Positions 50,798-62,057 of a stretch of 64,000 nt of DNA are shown one piece after another (position 1 is the first letter of the stretch; each line of letters opens with the position of its first letter). A model generated the notes under the pieces. That model was not told where the DNA came from, ran no database searches, and worked only from the letters and a program-made list of their open reading frames with translations. Location of the stretch: contig NW_026250403.1 in NCBI RefSeq assembly GCF_024521635.1, positions 868,001 to 932,000 on the forward strand. Reading direction: 5' to 3'. The translations under genes and the position numbers were made by a program. This DNA comes from Tricharina praecox (taxonomy: Eukaryota).

Positions 50798-51229
50798 TTC
50801 AGTTTACGGGTTTCGTTGGAAGAAGATCTGGTTTGTTTTGTTTACAGCAGGTTGTTCTTCAGTAAAGGTTTCGTTTGGAGGAACTCAGTGATGAAGGGTT
50901 GCGGGCAAGGTGGAGGCTCATGGCAGTACATACATGGGTGATCCCATGGGAGTCGGCGCTGGGACGGAACACGAGACGGCGAAGAAATTCAAGAAATACT
51001 CGGCCCACCCCCGCCCACCACAGGTGTAGGTAATGGCCTTACTATGTGGCTGCTGCCCTCAGTATCTAGTGTGGCGCACATTTGGCCCCGAACCGCTCGA
51101 GTGAAGCCATCCTAACCTACATACTCGCCCCGCTTTTCATGCTCTCATATATCTTATACATTGCAGAAGATAAAAGAGATCTACTCATTACATCCAAAAC
51201 AACTTGCTCTCAGCCAAAATGTCCACCAT

Positions 51230-52474
51230 CTACAAGAACTTCCGGTATACATCCACTCCATTCAGGTTTCTCAGTCTCTCAGCCGCCTGCTCGGGAGTGA
51301 TATCTCTCTGGGGTTCCGCTAGGAGCTCATATCTATGGCCTTTGCGTTAACGACATCACATGCGTCACTCGCCCGGAAAAAGAAACTTACCCAACCAAAA
51401 ACTTCCTCACAGTTGCACTCCTCAGAAGGGGCGGGTAGAAATGAAAGTGTAGATGTGAATCCCCCTCTCCTTCACCATTAATCGGGGCTTGATGGATACC
51501 CATGCTATACGGAAACTGCGTTTCGAAAAGATTATCGTATCTCTTCGTGACCTGCGAAAGCACCTCTGCGAGTCCGTCCCGCTCCTCATCTGTCAATGAG
51601 GGAAGTGAGGCAACCTCGCGCTTAGGAATGACCATGATTTCAAAAGGCCATACGGCCCACCACGGACAGAGTGCCACCCATGTTGAGTTGGCGAAGACGA
51701 TTCGCTCCCCCTTGGAAACCTCAAGCGCGACGTAGTCCGCCAGCAGACCGCGACCATCGTGCTTCTTCTTGTAGGCAGCCATGTTCACAAGCTCTGTTGA
51801 CACTTCGTTTGGTAGCCCTGTTGTGCACCACGCCTGTCCGTGTGGGTGGGGATTACTGCAGCCCATCGCCGCACCCTTGTTTTCGAAGATCTGGAGGTAG
51901 TCGTACTGTTCCTTCGGCGCCGAGACGCCGAGCTCGGCGGGTGCGGGGGCATAATGGCGGTGCGTAGACGGGAGGTGTGAGGTGTAGAGCGCGGTCCAGG
52001 TGCGGATGACGGAGACGAGCGAGTCGTGCGGGAGATCCGCCAGTGTCAGATTGTGTGAGGGCGAGAAGGTGATTACATAGCAACGGCCCTTGACACCCTG
52101 TGCTTGCAGGAGGAAGTCCGAGGAGCCGGCGGTGGTCTCCGTAGTCGCCGTGGTATAGTCGGGTTGGTCCTCTTTTACGGCACTGTAGTCGTTCACGAAG
52201 ATGTACGTAGAGGTGTACGCGGGCATCATGTCCCCGGTTGCACGCTTATTGCTAGGGCAGAGAAAGCATGATGGGTCATAAGACGGCAGTGTTGTCTTCG
52301 AGGCAGTTTCCTGTGCGCCTCTGTGATGCGTCAGGGAGGGTGAAGCGGGGATGGAGGCGGGGTGAGCTACTGCCAGGGCCGCTTTGTGCGGTGCGGCGAG
52401 ACTAGGATCCACGAGCCTGTGAGCGGATTGAAGCGACGGTGGGAGATGTCATCGAGAATTCGTTCTTCGGACAT
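51230..52474 (-). CDS. GAL7: Galactose-1-phosphate uridylyltransferase (three exons)
   Basis: [69 protein letters not shown] and [17 protein letters not shown]. Confidence 0.98.
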
Positions 52475-52913
52475 GGCTGGTTCGCCTGACGGGAACTGAC
52501 TCGATTGCGGGGACTGACTCGTGGCGAGGAGCTAAATACTTGGTCGTCGTCCGGTGGCCGGCTCAATAGATATATCTCTCAGCCATCAGCCCTTTCGCGA
52601 CAGAAGAAGCCAGGCCCTCTCGCCCTGGTCCTCCCCGCTCCGTATAACGGCAACTAGATCCCGCTGCCCCGTCGCTGATCTGACAGCCATGTGATTGTTT
52701 CAATAAAGTGGTTGAAGCGGGGTGTTGGTGGGCCATCGGGAAATAAGGATGAGCTCCGGATAAACTCAAGATGTCACTCTCAACCATGTTTCACAGCGCG
52801 CTACCACGTGCATCCAGTTGGCCCCCATGCCCGAAAGCGGCTCGGAGCGGCCACGCAGCAACAGCTTCCCCAATCTAATCACCACCACCTCGAACCCACA
52901 TCCTGATGCAGCC

Positions 52914-55669
52914 ATGAACTTTCTACACCACCAAAGCGCTGAGTGGGACCCTCCGGTAGTCTCACCATCTTCTCCGGGAATCCGCTCCCCACTGACGGCC
53001 TCCGTACGCCCCTCAGATCCTCTCGACGCACGTATGTTCTTCCTTCAGGTTCCCTAGAGCTCCCGCTCGTCGACAACCGCTAAGTGTAACCCACGCAGCC
53101 GATTACGATCCCATCGACCACCTGAACGCGCTCTTCTCACACCCATCTACACTCGGCAGCGTTACTCCCGTCGCTCAATCCCTCGATAGCCACCTCGACG
53201 CGCTCGACGACGAGATCACAGATCTTGTCATCACCCAGTCCGCTACCAATGCCGACTCACTCGCACGGATCTCGGCAGCAAAGGCGGACCTCTCGGAGCT
53301 GTTCAAAAACATCGACACGGTGCGCACAAGGGCCATGCGCACCGAGGAAGCGATTACCGCCATGACGGCCGACATCAAGAAGCTTGATTCGACAAAGCGG
53401 AACTTGACGCTATCTATGACCATGCTCAAGAGGCTTCAGATGCTGAGTAGGGCTCTTGTCCTAGCTCCGGCTTTGCGGGAGCTCCTGAAAGCTAACATCT
53501 GGGGTTAGCGACGGCATTTGAACAGCTCAAGGCGAACACAAAGATGCGGCAGTACCGGGAGTCTGCATCGTTACTTTCAGCTGTGCTCGAGCTTATGACC
53601 CACTTCAAATCGTATCGCTCCATCACGCAGATCGCAACCCTATCTCGAAACGTCGCCGACCTCAGGGCGGAGCTATTGGAGCAAGTTTGCGAAGACTTCG
53701 AGCTTGCGTTTGTAAAAGACGAGGTTGCGTCAAGGAAGGGGATGTTGTCGGAGGCTTGCAATGTTGTGGATGCGCTCGGCGACACGGCGAGGCAAAGGAT
53801 CGTGAATTGGTACTGCAACACCCAGTTACGAGAATATCGGCAGGTCTTCCGAGGGAACGATGAGGCGGGAAGCTTAGACAACATTTCACGGCGGTATGCT
53901 TGGTTCAAGCGCATGTTGAAGGTTTACGATGAGGAACACGCAGGAATATTCCCACCAAGTTGGAAGGTCAACGAAGTGCTGGCGAATAGTTACTGTGATG
54001 GAACCAAAGATGACTATAAAGGCATTCTGCAACGGGCCATGAGAAAGGAGAGTGGTAAAAGTTTGGACGTCAACCTGCTCCTTAGTGCGTTGCAGGAGAC
54101 GTTGGACTTTGAACTCTACCTGGAACGGAGATTCGGTGCGGATGTCGGTCTTCCTTCCCAATATACCGTGATGATTGCTGATGGTTGCAGCCCAGGATGT
54201 CGATGGAGACAATGTCACCAAAAGACGACCGAGAGCGATCACCGACCACATTCAGCAAAACTATCTCGGAAGCCTTCGAACCATACCTTTCACTTTGGGT
54301 GGAAGCGCAAGAGAAGTACGTTTCACCGCTCTGCTTCTGACAGCCCTGGCTGACAAATGATAGAACCCTCTCGCAAATGATACCTCAATACCGCAGCCAA
54401 CCTTTGCGTCCTCCCAACTCTCCAGAAGAAGACTTCAACCCTGCCTCTTCCGTCCTTCCCTCAAGCATCGAGCTTTTCCACTTCTACCGTCAAACACTCG
54501 CCCAATGTGCCAAACTATCCACCGGCGCCAAGCTACTCGAGCTCTCCAGGATATATGGAAGGTGCCTCGACGAGTACGCCGACACAGTATTGGCATCTTA
54601 CCTCAACACATCTGAGCGCCTTCCTGTCGAAGAGATAGCAGTAATCCTAAACACCGCGGATTACTGTCACACTACAACTGCTCAACTCGAAGAACGCATC
54701 AGAAGTCGAATCGACAAACCACTGGATGAGCGGATCGACTTTGAGCGGCAAAGCGACAACTTCATGGGAGTAGTGAGCAAGGTGATTTTCACCCTAGTCC
54801 GCCGGGTGGAAGTTGCGCTGGAGCCCGGATGGCGGGAAATGCGCAACTGCCCTTGGGCACGCATGGAATCCGTGGGAGACCAGTCCGGATACGTCGGCGT
54901 CCTCCTGGAAAAACTGAAGGTTTCGGCTCAGGAAGTAATAGATGTCATCGGGAAGGACGTGTGGCGCCGATCCTTTTGCGACCGTGTCGTCGAGACTGTT
55001 GTGGCAGGATTCCTCGCGTCCATTGTGGCCTGTAGGCCGATAGGCGGTGTAGGTGCCGAGCAGATGCTGTTGGATGCGTATGTGATCAAGAAGGCGCTGG
55101 AGGAAGTCATCACGTTACGGAAACCTGCCGCCCACCCGGGCCATGAGGAGGCGTCTGCGCAACCCCCACAATCATACCTCAAGCATGTCACGCGGACCCT
55201 CGCAAAGTTGGATGGGCTCTTGAAGACCCTACAGGTCTCAACTTCGCCCTCGGAGGGTATCGTGCAAGCGTATCTCATTCACATTGCCGACTCCAACCCT
55301 GGAAACTTCAAGAAGGTGTTGGATCTGAAGGGAGTACGGAAGGTGGAGCAGGCGGCATTTGTAGAGTTGTTCAAGGTTCATGTTCCGGCACACGATGGGC
55401 TGGTGGAAAACAGTCCGGTGATGGCAGGATTAAACTTGGGCACTGTCTCATCGGTTGGGCAAGGGATGGTAGGAGGTTCGGGGCAGAGCAGTGCACCGGG
55501 AGGTAGTAAGGGCGGCTTCGAGAACCTGAGTGCTGTTCTGGCGGCTGCTAGAGATGGCGTTGATACATTGCGGAAGGAGGGAGACATCAAGGATGGTGGG
55601 CTTGGAAAGTTGTTCCGGAGAGATGGTAGTGGCGGGTTCAGATTTGGCAGGGAGAGAGAGGGCGGTTGA
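52914..55669 (+). CDS. VPS53: GARP complex subunit Vps53 (five exons)
   Basis: DYDPIDHLNALF, MTADIKKLDSTKRNLTLSMTMLKRLQML, EAGSLDNISRRYAWF, ILNTADYC, VGDQSGYV, GAEQMLLD and FKKVLDLKG. Introns near 53032-53098, 53447-53508, 54144-54190 and 54317-54363. Confidence 0.96.
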
Positions 55670-55723
55670 GCGTTGGATTGCCCGTTAGCTTTGCTTTGCT
55701 TATTCAAGTCTATTTCTTGTCAT

Positions 55724-56473
55724 TTACTCCATTATATGGACAGAGTCGCCGCGAGGCGCGAGTGATACTGGGTATGTCAAGAGGTGCAAACCACATCCGA
55801 ACATCAGCAGTCGATTGATCTTGGCTCCGGCGGCCACAGCTTGCACGGCGGCGTTACGACTACATACCACCACCACGAGGGTCAATGAGCAATTGTAGCG
55901 AGTCATTGCCTCTGTTCGCACCAGTCAATGAACCGAGATGATGCCCGATGTGCAAGTGGTAATGACAAAAGTCAATCCTAAGAATTCCAGTAGCAGCCAG
56001 CTCATCCACCGTCACCATTTTTCCAAGCGAACGAGGTAGGTCACTCGCACTATAAAACATGATAGGCCTAGGATTTTGAATTTCGATAACTTCATCTCGG
56101 AACTGTCGAGGGTTACTGATGACCTTGAAATGGAGCTGAGCCGATCGGTAGAAAACTCTGATGGGGCCATTCAGCGATGGAATAGGAGATCTGGCGATAA
56201 AGTCGATGAATGGAGGACGAACGATGAGTTGCTGTTGATAAGTAGACAAGAGGATAAGGAAGAATGGCATTCGAGGTCATTGTCGGTGCTTTTGGAAGGT
56301 CGATGTTGCTTAGAACCCGGAGCTTGGAAGGGTGTTGCGGTGAAGGAGGATCAAATTTAGCGGCACTGTGGAGAAGCAGTACCATAATTGGCGACGGATG
56401 GGAAGTGGTAAGAGTTATTTACTGTTGTGGGTGAAGTTGATTTGGTATCCAGCGAAGTGGGATGGATACTCAT
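55724..56473 (-). CDS. Possible small spliced hypothetical protein
   Basis: Overlapping minus-strand ORFs (55860-56270, 55724-55921) of protein-like composition, an ATG at 56473 and plausible splice signals. Structure not resolved. Confidence 0.3.
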
Positions 56474-56720
56474 GTAGCCGATATCTATTCAGTATCAGAT
56501 CATCTGACTGTTGAGCTTGGGACGGAAAGATCCCTGCGCGTCACGCAGTTCTTTGGAGTCCGGCACCTCTGACCAACTCAATTCCGCCGTAGTCTAGTCC
56601 CCTTTTTGTTGCTTCTCGGACTCCGGAGTACCTACTTCAAAAGCAACACATCACTCTCATCTGTCAATTCAACCTCGCCGCAACAAATCCACCCTCACCC
56701 ATACCACCACTACCCGAATC

Positions 56721-57346
56721 ATGTCTGCCATCCTCGACGTCGTGCTCAGCTACCTCCCGCAGGACAGCGGCTACCTATCGAAGTGGCTCCTTTTCGTGCG
56801 TGTCCGCCCACAGCCTGCCGTTCCCCCGGGCCGCATCCAAGCCGGCCACAGTAGAGTACTATACTGACAAACATCCCTCCCCTCCAGGTCTCCGCCGTCG
56901 CAGTCTTCAACTCGGTGCAAAACTTCGTCACGCTCAAGCTGACGCAGCGCGTGTACCAAGAGCGCCCACAAGACGTGACCTGGCTCTCGTCGCGCACCTT
57001 CGGCACGTGGACTTTCCTTAGCGCCGTCGTCCGCGCCTACGCCGCATACAACATCACCAACCCCCAGGTCTACGATATCTGCATGTGGAGCTATGCCATC
57101 GCCGGTTTCCACTTTGTCAGCGAGTGGTTGGTGTTCGGAACTGCCAGGTATGTGAAGGGGATGGAGGGGGACGGTGGGCGAGGGCGAGGGTGATCGTGTG
57201 GGCTTGGGCTAATGTCAATGTGTAGTCTCGGTGCTGGTCTTACCGGACCGCTTATTGTCAGCTCCAGCAGTTTAGCCTGGATGTTCACCCAGCGGGAGTT
57301 CTACGCTGGCGCTGCCAGTGTCGCCGCCAAGGTCGCCGGTGCTTAG
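56721..57346 (+). CDS. ERG28: Ergosterol biosynthesis protein Erg28; exons 56721-56795, 56888-57147, 57226-57346
   Basis: GYLSKWLLFVSAVAVFNSVQ, VTWLSSRTFGTWT, RAYAAYNI, HFVSEWLVFGTA and PLIVSSSSLAWM. Confidence 0.96.
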
Positions 57347-58123
57347 ATGGAGGGTACGAATGGGGTGTGTGAAAATGGATGGGAACTTGGGATTGTTTTC
57401 GAAGCTGTGGAGGATATACCTATTCTAAATCTAGACTACCTATACCAGGACAACTACCAATGGGAACATACGTTCTACAAAGCTTGTGAACCCAAGGAAT
57501 CTCCACATCTACCTACACGCGCTGTCAACAGCCTACATACATTAACCGCTTCACGAGAGACTGTGAACTGTTACGTGTCTTGATTTACCATAACTAGGGC
57601 GTCGACAGCGCAAAAGTGAAATTCGAGGCCGAGTGATGCGGTATGTACCCGGAAGTATTCGAAACTCTCAGTCTGGCACAGCCCCATGTCCAGCACGTCC
57701 GCCCAACACAGAGTCCTTTCTGTTGGGCGTATTGACATTGCTTGTCCCGATAAAACTACTGTCAAGACGAACTATGGACGTTGAACCTGCCTACATCAAT
57801 CCTACCTTGGACAGCTTGGTAGTTTTCTAGGCATCTGTGTTTTGGCCTGGTAAGTTATATTTTCGCACTTGACCCTGCGCAATGAAGGAATTTAAGCGTT
57901 CCAGAAGTCATATTGCAGAAGGTGAGGACAGAGTCAAATCAATTGGTCTTTATCTCGTTCTGAATTAAACTGTGTACCAAGACAATTACACGCCTCTTCC
58001 GCAACCTCCCAGATTTCCCCTGTTGAAATAGCCCTGAAAAGCTCATGATACTCTTCCCGTGCTACATATCGTCCCGAAAGTGCGATTCAATAAGCTTCTC
58101 ATAATACAGTACAGGCCTGTAGC

Positions 58124-58209
58124 AGTATCGATGGACGGCATGGTCTAATGCGCTGTTAGTGTCTGGTCCTGGGTAAGTGTGTGGGGGTATAGAATCCAAC
58201 CTACCTTCA
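58124..58209 (+). pseudogene. Degenerate tRNA-like (Leu/Ser-type, long variable arm) relic
   Basis: GATGGACGGCATGGTCTAATGCGC resembles a tRNA-Leu 5' half and A box, followed by TCTGGTCC, then GGTATAGAATCC resembling the B box GGTTCGAATCC, then a poly-T tract. Acceptor and anticodon stems pair poorly. Confidence 0.45.
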
Positions 58210-58429
58210 TGTTCTCTTTTTTTTGTTTTTTTGTTTAATCATCATAGCATTCGACCTTATCAATCATGGCTGTACACAAGTCCAGTTCCACCCGACTGTC
58301 TCCGACCGCTGGCCGCGAGCTCGATGTGGGTTCCCTATTGCACTCCACCCGGCCCATCCGCACATAAAAGGAAAGACAGAAAGAAATCAGAAACAATGAG
58401 ATGACAAAATGGAAAGGAAAAGAAAAGCG

Positions 58430-58829
58430 TCAGTCTTCCTCAAAACCCCACATTAAACCCGTATATGCCGGAATCTCCGGCCGACTAGCCCGTACTCTTT
58501 CCTCCGCTCTTGCTCTCACCGCGCCCCAGTGCATGTTCTCTATCGAGGCGGATTGTGAGTCGATTATCGACTTATGCAGTTGTGAGTTGAAGGTGATGAA
58601 TTGATACATGCTCTTCTGCTGGTTTTCGTTTGCCACCGCCGAGAGGATGGCCATCGTTAAATTCTTCTTTTCCGTTCGAGCCGATTGTCGGCTTATGCAG
58701 TTGTGAGTTGAAGGTCATGAACTGGTACATGATTTTCTGCTGGTTCTCATTCACTACCGCCGAGAAGATCGTCTTCTGGAGCTCCTCGTCGACCATTAAG
58801 TGTTCCGGCGTGATGCGCTGGTAGCTCAA
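58430..58829 (-). pseudogene. Coding remnant with an internally duplicated ~32-codon segment in two different frames
   Basis: IFSAVVNENQQKIMYQFMTFNSQLHK and ILSAVANENQQKSMYQFITFNSQLHK lie 121 nt apart. Confidence 0.55.
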
Positions 58830-61800
58830 GGAGGGTAGTTGTTCTCCCTTCTCACTTGCACATAGTGGGTGTTTGCGAACGAGAGGGATAGCGGCAGAGT
58901 GTTGTTGCTGTCTATTTCATTAGTGTTAGGTGATGAGGTGTAATGAACTTTGAGGGAACTTACCCGAGTATCATGACATCGTCGAAAGTATGCAGGCAAC
59001 TGGCGTTCAGTCTGCTCGCAGATGTTTTGACGGAAAGGTGAAGACTCCTCCACCTAAGTGGCAATAGCCGGGACTCGAAGGCAGGATTAGTTGGTGTCCC
59101 TAAGACCAGGAGCTAGAAGCCGTACGGCTTCGGTATCATCCTATTCGTTCCACCAAACGAGCAACCGGCAACGCGGACGATGTCGAATAGTCCGTAAAGG
59201 CTTGCCACAACTCGGTGGGGCTTCCGTAGTGCGTGCCGAGTTGCATCCTGGGGAGCGTCTGGCAGTTGAGGTCAGCAGAGAACTTGATAGTTCCGAAGGG
59301 ATCCAAGAGCTTAGGGGAAAGGTGAGGATACTTACCAGGGGCCACGCCCAATAATCCTCGGTCTGTCCAGATCCTCGGTGGACCATTGGTTTTGACCTTC
59401 CATACGTCGAACGCTCTAAACGTTGCCTTTGAGGGACCCGAGGGCCGGCGTCCGTCTGTATAAGTCAGCAAGACACATTACGCTTCATTAAGGTGGAGTA
59501 GTCATGCAACGCAAAGTGAGTCTCGAGGGCATACTAACGATGATGATTATCTTGCCGATACAAGAATAGGAGGTGAGAAGGTTGCCTATTGGCATCTAGC
59601 CGTTGCCTTTCTCTTAGCTTCCTCTCATAAAACAGCTGACAGGTAGTATCATCACGGGAAGGGGGAGGACGGGAAAGTTACCTTGAGATAGGATTGAATC
59701 ATCCGAAATATCTGATATCATCGCCGCTGGGGGCTGGTTGTAGTCTGATGTGATGTATGATGTGAGAGGAGGAAAAAAAAATAGAAAGAGAGGATGGAGA
59801 GAGAAGGAAGAAGGAAGAGAGGAGGGAGAGGTGGCGAGAGAGGGGTGGCGCATTGCCGCAACCAGGCAGGATCTGGCCGGTCCACGTAATAATTACCATA
59901 TTGGGCCGGGCACATCGAGGGTTTGTCTATGACAACTACGTCAAGTAGAGATTCTTCACGGAGGGGCAAGATATTACAGGTAATTCAATCATTTCCAGGT
60001 AATCTGGAATCGGGGAGGATCTCGTGATCCTCATGGAGTCTCACACGGAATATCTATACATCCTTCACCGCATGTCTGCTGGTTAGTAATCGCTATTGTT
60101 GTTGAAATTTCTTTCGGTATCATACATTGGACTGAAGCACGGGTCACCGCTGCCATCTCATGGTAAATTACTGATTTGACCCGACCGTTTCCAGATGAAG
60201 CAAACTGAGACCATCGTTTCCTCTCCCCACCGATCGTAGAGATAATGGTATACAGGCCCACTAACACTTGAGTGTTATCCACCAAGTTCAAGGGGATTAG
60301 CGTATTGGGTACCGTTGGGTGGTATCAAGTCATGGGCAGAAATCCAGATGGTGCCGGGCAGTCCATGACAAATAAGCCTACCGACATCGTGTGGATACAT
60401 ACCGTAACGTACCGTATTTTCTCACGAGCCGACTTCCGAACTCCGGATCCGCCAGGATGATGCATGCGAGCGACTGCTGATTTGTTTCGAACTACAAATG
60501 AGAGGCTTTCGCGGTGCAGCCTCACATGCATCGCATCACAATACAAGACGCGCAAAATACTTTTCTCCGATGACCGCAGCGTGTTGAAAACCCAGCTTGC
60601 AAAAATAGATCTATTGCCGTACGGTATAGTATGTTATGTTACCACCAGTACATGACATTGTAAGCACCGCACTGCCCGCCCGCACTAAATACCCGCTGTC
60701 ATTCGTACATAAGCTAGACCGACCGAATAGTTACTAACGATCCGGCGTGCCTGTCGAATATGCCGCCATGACCATCCACACTCGGTTCCGAACATGGGCT
60801 CAGGCCGCCCGGGCACGACCAACACACAAATAACTACAGTCTTCGGGGACCATTACAAATCCTCACCGAGCCGGCACGGCTCCGCAACCCAGCCAATGGC
60901 GGTGAGCCCCGGATGGTTAGCTTCTCAGTGGTCCGCATGTAATCATCGAGCGCCGTTGGGCCAGTGCGCCTGTGGCCCCCGCAGCTCCGGGTGGATGCAT
61001 ATATGATATGAGTGTAGGCAGATACACCGGACAGGCTCGGTACCAAGCTTGTTCAAGGTTCACACGCCGATATAGGCAGCTTGCCGTTGAGACGTCATCA
61101 CCACCAGTCGGTTTATTTCAATGATCGCTGTTATCAAGTGAAAGCTGGGTAATTTACCATTGCAGTGCGCAGTATCCCCGTGCAGCAGGGTGGACAGCGG
61201 TCCGTATCGATGCGGTGATCTTTAATGCCGGTGCATATGTAGTGAAATATACATTTAGTATCTGATCGGGGGCGTTCTGGGTTGGACCATATACCCCTGA
61301 ACACATGATTTGGAATTATCGGCGAGGTTCACCTTCTATGGACGTGGGAATACTGGCGCCTTTCGGAGTGCTTAGCCGCGCATATGGGCTCCACGTGGCC
61401 GGCTTGCCGCTGAAGAGCAGAAGTGGAGAAGAGAGAGCGCATCAGACTCCAAGCGACTGAGGAATAATGCTGTTCCATAACCAAGTACCCAACATCACCT
61501 GCAACTCGTAATCGTGCATAGACGTCACCGTCGGCCAAGTCGCGGGGGGAATCAAACTGACCGGGTCGGCTGGGATCGCGTCAGCACTGCCTCCTCCGCC
61601 TCTCCGCCCCCGCGCCGCTAACGTTGCGATTTCATAAAACGAAGAAGCTTCTAAGGAAGATCTTTATTTCTAGCGCATCGGAGATAATTTCGCCCGTCGG
61701 GAATAATCTAAGGACGTTTTGCGAACGGTTAGCGTGTGCATGGTTAATCACTCGACCACGTGACCGCACAGGGACGGGAAGGGTCCGCATCGGCGACGAG

Positions 61801-61849
61801 ATTTCAGAGAGATCGATTCCTACGAGCCCGTCTGCTGCTCTGCACCGAC

Positions 61850-62057
61850 TTTGATCAAGATCCGAGAATCTTGGATCGGCTCGCGGACGTTTTCGATCGG
61901 TGTTGAGACGTTGAATCGGTAGCCAGACGTGGTAGATCGATCACCGGGCGCCCTCAATCGGTACTCGGACGCTTCAGATCGGAGCTTGAACGTCCTGGAT
62001 CGGTTCCCAGACGCTTTTGATCGGAAAAGAGACGTGGCAGATCGGAATTCAGACGTA
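61850..62057. repeat. 21-bp-period degenerate array: (G/A)ATCGG-N6-GACG-N5, 9-10 units
   Basis: Motif starts at 61853, 61874, 61895, 61914, 61935, 61956, 61977, 61998, 62019 and 62040. Confidence 0.85.

Noticed and set aside
47300-51200. Lanthipeptide/RiPP cluster around the LanC-like gene
   Set aside because: No LanB/LanM/kinase-lyase, dedicated transporter or credible Ser/Thr/Cys-rich precursor ORF nearby.
46231-52474. GAL gene cluster or sugar-catabolism cluster (AKR, LanC-like, GAL7)
   Set aside because: No GAL1 or GAL10 in the window; neighbours VPS53 and ERG28 are unrelated housekeeping genes; AKR substrate cannot be assigned.
61850-62057. 21-bp array as a mini-CRISPR
   Set aside because: Conserved parts are only 4-6 nt and linkers 5-6 nt, far below repeat and spacer sizes.
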